A stretch of 64,000 nt of DNA from Spirochaetota bacterium (GCA_963663865.1 OY760686.1:3092401-3156400), one strand, 5' to 3'; positions 19,286-29,068 are shown, counted from the stretch's first letter. The notes: a model not told the origin generated them from the letters alone. A program made the numbers and translations.

Positions 19286-20932
19286 TTAATCCCTTATATC
19301 AGCTTCGCCGCCGGCGCCCTCAACCTGGTCAACCCTGACCTTGACGAACCAGACCGGAGGCTTGCCCGCGCCGTGTGACATGTAGTAGCTTCTTTTCTTT
19401 ACAGCCCTTGTAAAATCCGTTTTTATTATTCCGGGGATATCGGCTGCAGGAACATCAACGATCACCGGAACGGGGGCAATGCCGTACATACCCGCGGGAT
19501 CATCTCTGAAATAGAACCCTGCGTAGATGTAGGCGCCTTCCCTTGCCCTCAGTGACGACAGCATCTTCGGTGTAGGAATCATTACCCGGAACGAAACCCT
19601 GCCGTCCGTAAGAAGCGCGCTTCCGGCTGCAGCCTGGCCCCTGCCGGCCTGTCCAAAGGCCCCGGTCACAATTTCCTTCAGATTGGTAAGCAATGGCCCC
19701 TTTTTTATAACCCGCCGGCCGGTCTGCTTCTCAAAGAGCTCCGGAAGGCTGTAAGGCCCGGCCGCCTCAGACCTCATCTCGCTCAGCGGCTCGAGCGCCT
19801 TTCCCATAGACGGATTGTATCTGTCGGGAACATATACTCCCCCTCTCCAGGAGGATGCAGGCCTTTCCGATCTGAATGCCCTGCCGTTCTGGAAGTATAG
19901 ATACACCGGGCTTCCTGTTTCGGTGAAGGCCTTCTGGCTGTAGACGGCATAGATGTTTTTGCCGCGCGCTGACGCTGCAACCCTTTCGGGTATCTCGGCC
20001 CTGCTTCCAGTAAGGCTGCCCAGTGAAACTGCCCGCAGAGCGATGCCCTTCCCGGCGGCGCGGGCGGCCTCCTGTTCCGGGAAGCGGGCAGAGGGCATCT
20101 CCGAGTTTGTTATCAGAACAATGTGCTTAGCTGAACCTTTCCGCCATCGTACATTTCCGACCGCGTACCTGAGAGCAGAGACAAACGAAGAGGCGTCTGG
20201 CTTTCCGGATGGCTTCATGCCGGCAAGGGCCTGTCTGAGGGCGTGAAGAGTCGTATATGTCTTCACACCCGTGATATTTATGTTTTTCCCGGAAAAGGGA
20301 ATCAACGTTACGCGGCAATCCATTCTGCGGGCATCTATTAAATCCGAAGCTGACGCAATCACAGCGGCCCTGACATCGCCCCACTCGCAGGAGATGTTCC
20401 ATGAAAGATCAAGCAGAAAGGCAACGTCCGCGCTTCCGGCGTCATACCCTCGTTTTACAGCTGGATATGCCGTGAAGGCTTCGCGCACCTCGTTTTCGGC
20501 CAGCTCGAAGATATCTGAACCCGCTGAACTGATTCTGCTGAGCACACGCTTTTCTGGCACCGAATAGAGCACGCTCACAGACTCATATCCGCCGCGGGTT
20601 TTGTAGAGAGTTCCTGCGAGAACTGTGTCGATATATTTCCCCGCTGTCAATGCCTGAAGGTCATCAGAGGACAGCTTCTTTGCCGGATCAATCTTCAGTC
20701 TCTCCATGTCGAGTTCAATATCGCGTGAGGAGGTTACTCTGACATCGCGTGAAAGTAAAGCAGTAAGAGCAACCAGCCTTGCGAAATCCCGGGCTGTTTC
20801 TGCCGTAAGCTTTTCTGACGGATTCCCCGCCCTGTAGGGCAGCACAGCAGTCTCGGCAAAAAGGGCATGTGAGCCTAACACAAGAATCAAAGCTAATAAA
20901 ACTGTTAGTCTCTTCATATTACTTAACATCAC
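19286..20932 (-). CDS. Secreted VWA-domain protein with an N-terminal CsgG/TolB-N-like fold
   Basis: Signal peptide; DVAFLLDLSWN degenerate MIDAS; WRKGSAKHIVLITN VWA motif. Confidence 0.7.
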   Translation of the reverse strand: MMLSNMKRLTVLLALILVLGSHALFAETAVLPYRAGNPSEKLTAETARDFARLVALTALLSRDVRVTSSRDIELDMERLKIDPAKKLSSDDLQALTAGKYIDTVLAGTLYKTRGGYESVSVLYSVPEKRVLSRISSAGSDIFELAENEVREAFTAYPAVKRGYDAGSADVAFLLDLSWNISCEWGDVRAAVIASASDLIDARRMDCRVTLIPFSGKNINITGVKTYTTLHALRQALAGMKPSGKPDASSFVSALRYAVGNVRWRKGSAKHIVLITNSEMPSARFPEQEAARAAGKGIALRAVSLGSLTGSRAEIPERVAASARGKNIYAVYSQKAFTETGSPVYLYFQNGRAFRSERPASSWRGGVYVPDRYNPSMGKALEPLSEMRSEAAGPYSLPELFEKQTGRRVIKKGPLLTNLKEIVTGAFGQAGRGQAAAGSALLTDGRVSFRVMIPTPKMLSSLRAREGAYIYAGFYFRDDPAGMYGIAPVPVIVDVPAADIPGIIKTDFTRAVKKRSYYMSHGAGKPPVWFVKVRVDQVEGAGGEADIRD

Positions 20933-21139
20933 CTGGTTTTATTGGATAAATTTTTAATAGGCTATTATGCAGCAAATATCCCTGTCAAACACCTTTCAGG
21001 CGGTTTCCATAGACGGCCGAAAAATGGAATCAATCCATTGCAAATGCCCGGGGCGGCTAAATATCCTCAATAAATTTTCTTGACACCCGGCCTAAAAGCA
21101 CTATTCTGCTGGAATAAAACTCTTCAAAGGAGATATGAT

Positions 21140-21415
21140 ATGAGACGCATTCTCGCAATAATGACAGCCTGCGCGCTTGCCTTTGCAGTTGCAGCGTGCA
21201 CAAAAAAACAAAAGGACATGACAATTGAAGATTTCGCTAAAATCGATCTCGAAGTAGCTGTTTCCGACCAGAAACCTGAAACAATCGAGACAATTGCGAA
21301 AAAACACGGATACACAGCAGAACAGTACGAAGAATTCTCAAAGATAATCGAAAAGAGCTCTACTCTCCAGGAAAAGCTTGGAGATATTCGTCTCGGAGAG
21401 CAAAAGTCCGAGTAA
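21140..21415 (+). CDS. Small lipoprotein
   Basis: RBS AAGGAG; MRRILAIMTACALAFAVAAC lipobox. Confidence 0.75.
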   Translation: MRRILAIMTACALAFAVAACTKKQKDMTIEDFAKIDLEVAVSDQKPETIETIAKKHGYTAEQYEEFSKIIEKSSTLQEKLGDIRLGEQKSE

Positions 21416-21434
21416 CCTTGAGCGGCTGCAGCCG

Positions 21435-22274
21435 CTACACAGTTTCAATATCCATGAAAGCCGCGGCGTTTTTTCCGAAAATCATCGCGGCTGTCTCTTT
21501 TCCACACTGCTCAATTCCCTGTACATATCGTCCGGCGCGCAGAAGCGGGAAGTCGCTTCCGAAAAGCACCCTGTCAGAACCAGCCGTCTCAGCGGCCAGC
21601 ATATAAATATTTTCGCTGTAAATATATGGGGTCGCGGCCGTATCGTAGACGCATGACTGAAGCGCCTCTTTCACCTCGGGCATCAGCTCGTAGAACACAA
21701 GCCCTCCGCCCCAGTGCGAAAGCATTATTCTGACGCCGGGGTATTTCCCGATTATCCTTATCGTTTCATTAAGGGCCGGATAATACTTTCCCGGATAGCT
21801 GTGGCCCACCGGTTCGTTGACATGGAGACACAGAGGAATATCAGCCTCGCCTGCTGACTCAATAAGCGTTTCCAGGCATTTCAGCACCTTCTCATCCATT
21901 CCAGCAGAGTACCAGGCTGCTTCTCCTACACCTGAAAGCCCCAGGTCTTTTGCCGCCCTTACGGCCTTTCTGACCACGCCCGAATCACTGGAAGACGGAA
22001 CAGCTCCAAAAGGAATAAGGCGCCCGTCTTTATCCGCCATGGCGGCAAAGAACTCGTTCTGCTCCATACATACATTTAAGTCTGCCCAGGGGAAGCCCAT
22101 CACGAAAGCCCTGCTTATTCCCGAATCGTTCAGATAACCTGATGCCTCATCGGCTGACGCCGTCTTTGCTGCCGGGTTTGAGTACAAAATTGAGAAACCC
22201 GGATCGGACAGGTAATTATCCCGCCGCTCAATAACACCGCTTTGAAAAACATGAATGTGAGAATCAATTACCAT
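21435..22274 (-). CDS. Amidohydrolase family protein (Amidohydro_2)
   Basis: IDSHIH, GVGE, CLHVNEPVGH, SHWGGG, LFGSDFP motifs. Confidence 0.88.
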   Translation of the reverse strand: MVIDSHIHVFQSGVIERRDNYLSDPGFSILYSNPAAKTASADEASGYLNDSGISRAFVMGFPWADLNVCMEQNEFFAAMADKDGRLIPFGAVPSSSDSGVVRKAVRAAKDLGLSGVGEAAWYSAGMDEKVLKCLETLIESAGEADIPLCLHVNEPVGHSYPGKYYPALNETIRIIGKYPGVRIMLSHWGGGLVFYELMPEVKEALQSCVYDTAATPYIYSENIYMLAAETAGSDRVLFGSDFPLLRAGRYVQGIEQCGKETAAMIFGKNAAAFMDIETV

Positions 22275-22433
22275 ATGTTCACTTCCCGAATTTTTCATAA
22301 ACCGTAATACATAGTACACTCTCTACAGCCTCACGGCAACACGATTTCCAGACCAGACAGCCTTTTTCGTTGACAACGCGCCGGGAAACAGCTAAGATCT
22401 GCCTGTGTGACAGCATGAGTCAGGAGGCTGAAG

Positions 22434-23438
22434 GTGAATCCTATATTTCGAATTGAATGGCCCAGGGCGACACCTAAAGAGGTGATATTTATCGCGGTGC
22501 TGCTTCTGCTGCTCGTAATCATCTACTTCTTTGTTAAATACCTTCAGCTGCAGAACCGGAAGAAAGCAAGGGAAGACTCGCTTTTCCTGATAAAGACGCG
22601 TCAGTTGGGGCTTTCAAGCTTTCAGATAAAGCTGCTTAACAACATGATTGAGATGCTTCAGCTTACCAGGCCTGACCGCATTCTCGCGGAGCCAGCTCTC
22701 TTCGAAAATTCGGCAGGCAAACTGCTAAGCTTTCTCAAGCAAAAACAGGAAGGGAGCTTTTCAATATCTTCGGTGTGCCGCGACCTGACCATCGCCTACG
22801 AGAAGCTTTATCATCCGTCAAGCGCCAAAAAACCTCTGGAAAGGATACAGGACATTGAAGCTGATCGCCTTCTCTACTTTGTCGCCGATGACAACAATGT
22901 CTACTTCGGCAAGATCATTGACACCGCCGAAGACAGCATCGTAGTAAGGATGTTCAGGTCCGCGAAGGAGCTTCAATTCCTTGAAACGGAATCCACAATG
23001 AAGGTTACAATCTGGCGGCTCGGCGACGCTGAATACTACTTCACCACAACAGGCATTCTCCGGGGTGACAGGCTTATAATGAAGGCCCCCGATGAGTTCA
23101 CACGCGAGCAGGAATTCCGATATCCATATGTCGACACTATTCTGCTCTGCGAAATCAGCACGGAAGCCGACGACGGAGAAACACCTGAGAAGATCAGGGC
23201 AACCATTTTCAAGATCAACGAAAAGGAGTCTGTTATCAGGCTTAAGCAGACACTTGATTACAGCAGCGAATACATTCTTGAGTTTGAGCTCAGCGACTTT
23301 AAATTCACTATAAAGTCAAAAATCATCGCCAACCGATCAATATCGGAAGCGCATATTAATTACTACACTTTGAAGTTCGGTGAGATATCGCCGGCTGCGG
23401 TAAACGTTCTCAAAAACTATCTGATTGAGCACCTCTGA
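22434..23438 (+). CDS. Membrane-anchored YcgR/PilZ-like protein
   Basis: N-terminal TM; WRLGDAEYYFTT YcgR-N-like region; C-terminal PilZ-like beta domain with degenerate motifs. Confidence 0.55.
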   Translation: MNPIFRIEWPRATPKEVIFIAVLLLLLVIIYFFVKYLQLQNRKKAREDSLFLIKTRQLGLSSFQIKLLNNMIEMLQLTRPDRILAEPALFENSAGKLLSFLKQKQEGSFSISSVCRDLTIAYEKLYHPSSAKKPLERIQDIEADRLLYFVADDNNVYFGKIIDTAEDSIVVRMFRSAKELQFLETESTMKVTIWRLGDAEYYFTTTGILRGDRLIMKAPDEFTREQEFRYPYVDTILLCEISTEADDGETPEKIRATIFKINEKESVIRLKQTLDYSSEYILEFELSDFKFTIKSKIIANRSISEAHINYYTLKFGEISPAAVNVLKNYLIEHL

Positions 23439-23458
23439 AACAACGCCGGCAACCGCGT

Positions 23459-24850
23459 TCAATCAGGCAGAATTTTCCCCGGATTCAAGATTCCGTTCGG
23501 GTCAAAGGCGAGCTTGATCCGCCTCTGCAGCTCAATCTCGGCTTCAGTCATCATTATTGCCAGGTACTCCCTGCGGAGAGCCCCGATTCCGTGTTCACCG
23601 GTAATGCTTCCGCCAAGTTCAACAGCCCTTCTGTATATCTCCCGCTTGAGCTCTGGAATCATTAAGCTCCATTCGCTGTCGCCGATTGTATCCTTCAGGA
23701 TATCGATGTGCACATTGCCGTCGCCCGCGTGTCCGAACATTATTGAGCTGAGCCCTCTTGAAACAAGGTGCCTTTTCAGAGACTTCAAAAATACCGCTAT
23801 TGACGCCCTCGGAACAGAACAGTCCTCGGCAAGGAATATGGGACTCCTGCTTTCAATCGCGTCCCTCGTGGAGCGCCTCGCCTTCCAGAGCCGGGCCTTA
23901 TCCTCCTCTGTGCGGGCAATAAAGACGCTGTCCGGCTCGGCGCCGGCCGCCCTGACTATGCGGGCAATGTCGCTGTCAACTGCATCCTCTGTCGCGCCGT
24001 CCGCCTGAATCAACAGATGAGCCCCCGCGTCAGGGAAAAGGATATTCCCCCCGAGATACGAAGAAACCAGCCTGATGGCGTCATGTTCCATAAACTCGAC
24101 GGCGCATGGAACCACCCTGCTCCGGAGGATTGAGGTAACAGCGTCAACAGCCAGATCAAGCGATTGGAATGGAATAAGGACGTCATACACAACAAGAGGC
24201 GCCGGAATCAGCCTCAGGTATATCTTTGTGACAACACCGAGCACACCTTCAGAGCCGACCAGCATGGCGGTCAGATTAAGGCCTGCCGCGTTTTTGACAA
24301 TCTTGCCTCCTGTCCTTATTATATCCCCGCCCGGCAGAACAAATTCATGCCCGAGGATATAGGCTCCCGTAATACCGTACTTGACGGCGCGCGGCCCGCC
24401 GGCGTTCTCAGCCAGGTTGCCTCCAATGGAACACTTGTCAAGGCTAGCCGGATCAGGCGGATACATGAGCCCGTGCTTTAGCGCCTCTTTCTGAATATCG
24501 CCTGTTATCGCCCCGGGCTCAACCACAGCGACCATGTTCTCGCCGTCAATCTCGAGAATACGGCTCATTCTCTCAAGAGAAAGCACTATCCCGCCATTAA
24601 CCGCCACGGCCCCGCCCGTGACTCCGCTGCCGCCGCCTCTCGGAATGACCGGCACTTTGAAATCATTGCATATCTTCATCACAAGCGAAACATCATCTGA
24701 ATTGCGAGCAGCGACAACGGCATCGGGGGCCGAACTCAGGTTTGACGTCTTATCAGTACAGTAAGGCTCAATACCCGCCTCATCCGTAAACAGGACATCT
24801 GCGTGAAGGGATTTCCTGAGCAGCTCTATGGCTTCTTTGACTCTATTCAT
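23459..24850 (-). CDS. glcD: FAD-linked oxidase, GlcD / D-lactate dehydrogenase family
   Basis: PRGGGSGVTGGA, YPPDPAS, IGGNLAENAGG, GHAGDGNVH, GEHGIG, DPNGILNPGKI. Confidence 0.9.
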   Translation of the reverse strand: MNRVKEAIELLRKSLHADVLFTDEAGIEPYCTDKTSNLSSAPDAVVAARNSDDVSLVMKICNDFKVPVIPRGGGSGVTGGAVAVNGGIVLSLERMSRILEIDGENMVAVVEPGAITGDIQKEALKHGLMYPPDPASLDKCSIGGNLAENAGGPRAVKYGITGAYILGHEFVLPGGDIIRTGGKIVKNAAGLNLTAMLVGSEGVLGVVTKIYLRLIPAPLVVYDVLIPFQSLDLAVDAVTSILRSRVVPCAVEFMEHDAIRLVSSYLGGNILFPDAGAHLLIQADGATEDAVDSDIARIVRAAGAEPDSVFIARTEEDKARLWKARRSTRDAIESRSPIFLAEDCSVPRASIAVFLKSLKRHLVSRGLSSIMFGHAGDGNVHIDILKDTIGDSEWSLMIPELKREIYRRAVELGGSITGEHGIGALRREYLAIMMTEAEIELQRRIKLAFDPNGILNPGKILPD

Positions 24851-25098
24851 TTATATCATCTCCGTAACAGGGACATGAAGCGCTATCGGGTTTATTTTTC
24901 AAGGGGAAAACATGGGAGCCCACTCGATCTTCCGCAATGATATTACGTGATTTATAATTCAGATTGTCAGATTTTATAACATCAATTGCGAATAATATTT
25001 GATATTTTTTGCTTTTACTGCTGGAATGTTAGATGTATTTACTTCTTCGATTTATTGTTTACCTCGTTATACATATTACCGGCTTTAAATTTAAACGA

Positions 25099-25124
25099 GT
25101 GTCCGGTTTTCTGAGCTATGCTCA
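25099..25124. mobile_element. Possible isolated IS3-family terminal inverted repeat remnant
   Basis: TGTCC-N17-TCA pattern (GTGTCCGGTTTTCTGAGCTATGCTCA); no transposase ORF or partner end seen. Confidence 0.3.
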
Positions 25125-25184
25125 GTTCACATCGTTAGACGAACTTAAAACATCCATAGTCAAAAAAACACTTGAGGGGGAGTT

Positions 25185-25817
25185 GTGAACCTGTACAAAA
25201 ACAAATACCGAGCAGAATCAGCGCGCCTGAAGGCATGGGACTATTCATCTAACGGTAGATATTATATTACGATTTGCGTGAATAATCACGAATGTGTCTT
25301 CGGATATATTACAGCCAGAAAAATGGTCCTCTCGAATCTCGGAAAAAATGCAGAATCTTGTTGGCGTGAGATTCCTCATCATTTCCCATTTGTGAAATTG
25401 GATGAATATGTTGTCATGCCAAATCATATACACGGCATCATCGTTATTGAAAAAACCGTGAAACACCGGAAACACGGGGAATCCGCGAAACACGGGGAAT
25501 CCGTAGAGACGCAAAATCTTGCGTCTCTACAATCGAACGTGTCGGAATCAAACGTGCCACCGTCGAACGTGTCGGTATCGAACATGCCACCGTCGAATTT
25601 CGGCCCCCAATCAAAAAATATTGCATCGATCATACGCGGTTTTAAAATCGGTGTTACAAAATATGCGGTGAATAACAACATTCCATTTAAATGGCAACCC
25701 CGGTTTCATGATCACATCATACGCGATGAAAATGATTTAAACCGCATCCGCAAGTATATAATGAATAATCCATTAAATTGGGGACCACCCTCACGGCAGG
25801 GGAATATTTTCTCTTGA
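25185..25817 (+). mobile_element. REP-associated tyrosine transposase (RAYT, Y1/IS200 superfamily)
   Basis: SARLKAWDYS, YYITIC, VVMPNHIHGII (HUH), SIIRGFK, WQPRFHDHIIRD, YIMNNPLNW. Confidence 0.9.
25469..25597. repeat. REP palindrome within the RAYT gene, flanked by short tandem repeats
   Basis: GTAGAGACGCAA-AATC-TTGCGTCTCTAC at 25503-25530; 18-bp x2 at 25469-25504; 30-bp x2 at 25533-25592. Confidence 0.88.
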
Positions 25818-25842
25818 CTTTACACATAGCATTGTGTAATCT
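25814..25842 (+). promoter_or_regulatory. vapBC promoter with overlapping palindromic operator
   Basis: TTGACT-N17-TAATCT; inverted repeat TTACACA-tagcat-TGTGTAA at 25820-25839. Confidence 0.7.
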
Positions 25843-25861
25843 TATTGCAGAGGTAAATTAT

Positions 25862-26059
25862 ATGGCAACTAATTTAAATATCGATATGAAACTGTTAGAT
25901 GAAGTTTATGAAATGGGAAATTTCAAAACTAAAAAGGAAGCAGTAAACGTTGCGCTTAAGGAGTATATCCAGAAGCATCGACAAAAAGAATTGTTGAAAT
26001 TTCTAAACAAAGTTGATTTTGATAAAGCCTATGATTACAAAAAAGCACGAAATAGATGA
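25862..26059 (+). CDS. vapB: VapB-type antitoxin (DUF2191-like ribbon-helix-helix)
   Basis: RBS GAGGT; MATNLNIDMKLLDE...KTKKEAVNVALKEYI; ATGA overlap with the PIN toxin gene. Confidence 0.9.
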   Translation: MATNLNIDMKLLDEVYEMGNFKTKKEAVNVALKEYIQKHRQKELLKFLNKVDFDKAYDYKKARNR

Positions 26060-26481
26060 CAAAATTCATCATAGACACCTCGGTATGGTCTGAAGCGCTC
26101 CGCCGAAAAAAGAATACTGTAAATTCTTCTGAAACTGTTGTCAGAAAGATTATAGAAAATGATGATGAGATTGTTATTTTAGGTATAATTCTTCAGGAAA
26201 TTCTAACCGGCATCTCAAATGAAAAATTATATAGAGAGATAAAAAACATTTTGGATGATTTTGTGTACTTAGATATTACAAAAAGTGACTACATTTACGC
26301 CTCTGAGTTAAGCAATAAATGCAGATCAAAAGGTATTATTGCTGGATCAATTGATTTTTTAATTGCAAGCGCTGCAATCAGAAACGAAATACAACTGGTA
26401 ACTTTCGACAAAGACTTTTTCAACATAGGTAAACATTCCGATTTAAAAATTGTAGACTTAGATCGTTTTCTTGAAAATTAA
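26056..26481 (+). CDS. vapC: VapC PIN-domain toxin
   Basis: IIDTSVW, ILQEILTG, SIDFLIA, TFDKDF acidic PIN residues. Confidence 0.92.
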   Translation: MTKFIIDTSVWSEALRRKKNTVNSSETVVRKIIENDDEIVILGIILQEILTGISNEKLYREIKNILDDFVYLDITKSDYIYASELSNKCRSKGIIAGSIDFLIASAAIRNEIQLVTFDKDFFNIGKHSDLKIVDLDRFLEN

Positions 26482-26855
26482 GGTAATTTACAAGGCTTAC
26501 CCGCGTCGTTCGGAGAACATCGCCTGGGACTTCGTCGATGTTGCGGCACCAGGCCGCCGCAACTTAAAAGAGCGCTATTGTCACAACCTCAGAAGGAGTA
26601 TTTAACAAAACTTCAATACAATCAGGCGATGACAATACCGCTTCACGGATAACATCCCCCCGCCGCAAACGAAGAACAGTATATTTTGGAGACAGAGTAC
26701 AATTATAACCCAAAGCTATTTACACAAAAGATCTGATACTCTCAAGTATTTCTTGACATGGGCGATTCTACATATAAATAAAATCTTATAAATCAATTGT
26801 AATTTTCAACTTTCGTTCTGCGGGTCGACATTAAAAACAAACATTGGAGTTTTTT

Positions 26856-27119
26856 ATGAAAATACTTAATTTTATTTCTTTAACATTATTACTTTTTTCA
26901 TTATCTCATTGTGATATTAATGACGATGCAAACGATGTATGTTTTTCTCCAACACAAAATATTGATATTGCATATAAAGAGGGTTCAATTGGATGTTCGT
27001 GTGATAAAAATGTTGATGAGGACATTTGTGTCGATGGAGCAGCATTAATGTGTAAAGTGGATAGATGGGTTGCAGTTGAAGATGGACCTTGCATGCCCTT
27101 ACCTCCACAGCTTGAATAA
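26856..27119 (+). CDS. Small AT-rich Cys-rich lipoprotein
   Basis: RBS GGAG, lipobox-like LSHC, six further Cys, WVAVEDGPC. Confidence 0.6.
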   Translation: MKILNFISLTLLLFSLSHCDINDDANDVCFSPTQNIDIAYKEGSIGCSCDKNVDEDICVDGAALMCKVDRWVAVEDGPCMPLPPQLE

Positions 27120-27411
27120 CAATATCATAAAACTTTTTATAATAGCTTTAATATAATTGCCTCAGTCCGTATTATCGAGGAGCCCCAACCGCTTAACTGG
27201 AAGTGCCCCTCCGCCGACGAAGAACAGCTCTTCCGAGCAAAAGGACATTACCACCTCCCCGCCCATACAATTTCTTGAAACTTTTAAAAATCTTTATATA
27301 CATATTAAGTAATTTAAGATATAATAAACCTTAAATACCAAATCAGTCATATCTGCTTCTGTACAAAAAGCAAACAGCTGATTTTTAACAAAAACCAATA
27401 TGGAGGAAACT

Positions 27412-27771
27412 ATGCCTGAATTTGCCAATCCTTTCAGTGTAAAAAAAAGCGACAGAAAGCTGACTGACCAGGAACTGGTGAGGTCAATCAGACTCATGAT
27501 AGCAGCAGAATACGAGGCCATTCAGCTCTATCAGCAGCTTGCCGAATCTACGGACAACAAGCTCGCTCAGCAGGTACTCATTGACATCGCCGACGAAGAG
27601 AAGGTGCACGCTGGAGAGTTCCTGCGTCTGCTTAAAGAATTAGACCCTCAGGAAGAGGAATTCTATAGGGAAGGCGCGCAGGAAGTCGAAGAGGAATTCC
27701 TCTCCGGCGGTGGACAATCCGGACAGAGCGGAACAGAGGACCTGGGAATAGGAAGCCTTAAAAACACATGA
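27412..27771 (+). CDS. Ferritin-like encapsulin cargo protein
   Basis: RBS GGAGG; AEYEAIQLY and DEEKVH di-iron ligands; Gly/Ser linker then C-terminal DLGIGSLK cargo-loading peptide. Confidence 0.9.
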   Translation: MPEFANPFSVKKSDRKLTDQELVRSIRLMIAAEYEAIQLYQQLAESTDNKLAQQVLIDIADEEKVHAGEFLRLLKELDPQEEEFYREGAQEVEEEFLSGGGQSGQSGTEDLGIGSLKNT

Positions 27772-27787
27772 CATTGAGGAGGAAAAG

Positions 27788-28591
27788 ATGAATCTGCTAA
27801 GACAAAGCTTTGCCCCCATCAGTGAAAGCGGATGGGATGAAATAAACGGTCTCGCAAAAGAGACGCTGACTGCCAACCTTTCAGCGAGAAGATTCTGCGA
27901 TGTTGAAGGCCCGTTTGGAATCAACTATACCGGCGTCAACCTCGGAAGGCTTGAAGTCCCTCAGGGCCAGAAGAAGGACGCTGTCCAGTATGGAATCAAC
28001 AGGGTGCTTCCTCTTGTAGAAGCCAGGGTGAGCTTCTCAGTAAATATCTGGGAACTCGACAATGTGGAACGCGGAGCGAAGGACATTGAACTTGATGCCG
28101 TAGTTGAAGCGGCAAAGAAGATGGCCGCCTTTGAGGAAAGCGCCGTATACAACGGCCTTCCTGAAGCCGGCATTGAAGGACTTAACGGCTCAGCTGACGC
28201 TTCAAGGACAGTTGAGATGTCCCTCGAGAAGGACAGCGTCATTGACTCCATCAGCGAAGGACTCAGAATTATGCGAAGCAGCGGAATTGACTCCGAGGCT
28301 AACCTTATTGTTAACCCGGAACTGTGGAAGTTTCAGGCGCGGATGTTCCCAGGCGGGAACCTCGGTGCTTCAATTAAAAAGCAAATTGGCGGTTCGATAA
28401 TCTATTCCGATACTGTTAAGGGCGCGCTGCTTGTTTCAAACCGCGATGGCGACTTTGAACTCACAATCGGACAGGACTTTTCAGTAGGCTACCACAGCCA
28501 CGATTCAGAGAAGGTCAACCTCTTCCTGAGCGAATCCTTCACTTTCAGAATAATAACGCCCGAAGCGCTTGTGGCATTTAAAATCAAGTAA
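27788..28591 (+). CDS. Family 1 encapsulin shell protein (Linocin M18-like)
   Basis: MNLLRQSFAPISESGW, ARRFCDVEGPFG, WELDNVERGAKD, GDFELTIGQDFSVGY, ESFTFRI. Confidence 0.95.
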   Translation: MNLLRQSFAPISESGWDEINGLAKETLTANLSARRFCDVEGPFGINYTGVNLGRLEVPQGQKKDAVQYGINRVLPLVEARVSFSVNIWELDNVERGAKDIELDAVVEAAKKMAAFEESAVYNGLPEAGIEGLNGSADASRTVEMSLEKDSVIDSISEGLRIMRSSGIDSEANLIVNPELWKFQARMFPGGNLGASIKKQIGGSIIYSDTVKGALLVSNRDGDFELTIGQDFSVGYHSHDSEKVNLFLSESFTFRIITPEALVAFKIK

Positions 28592-28615
28592 GACTCGCCA
28601 AAGACTAAATATAAG

Positions 28616-28650
28616 AAAAAGCCCACGGTCTGAAAACCGCGGGCTTTTTT
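28616..28650. terminator. Bidirectional intrinsic terminator
   Basis: AAAAAGCCCACGGT-ctgaaa-ACCGCGGGCTTTTT between convergent genes. Confidence 0.8.
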
Positions 28651-28694
28651 AATCGGATGTAAGCCGTCAGGCCGTAACCCCGGCATCCGTGTAA

Positions 28695-29012
28695 TTACTC
28701 TTTGTCCATGTGAGGGCACTTCTTATGTCCCTTTCCGTCACGGGCAGGCATTTTGTCTCCCATTCTCTCATTCCAGCAGAAAAGGGCTTCGCTCTTTTCG
28801 CCGCGCCCCTCATGCTTCTTGCAGACTCCCTCTACGGTCTCTCCGTCTCTGTCCTTAAAAGAGCAGGCATCTCCCGCTTTTTTTGACTCGCACGCCACAA
28901 AGGGATTGCCGTCAGAGCTCATTCCCTTCCCTTTCTTCGCTTCAGCGGGTGACCCGGTCAAATAGACAGCGGCAGCCGAAAACACGAAAGCCAGTACCAA
29001 CAGCTTTTTCAT
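28695..29012 (-). CDS. Small secreted Cys-containing protein
   Basis: RBS AAGGAG; signal peptide ending AEA; ACESKKAGDACSF...GVC...LFC. Confidence 0.72.
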   Translation of the reverse strand: MKKLLVLAFVFSAAAVYLTGSPAEAKKGKGMSSDGNPFVACESKKAGDACSFKDRDGETVEGVCKKHEGRGEKSEALFCWNERMGDKMPARDGKGHKKCPHMDKE

Positions 29013-29068
29013 AAAGCACACTCCTTGTTTTTATCCCAAACAGCCGTACAGCTGAATTCGGTCCGGCA

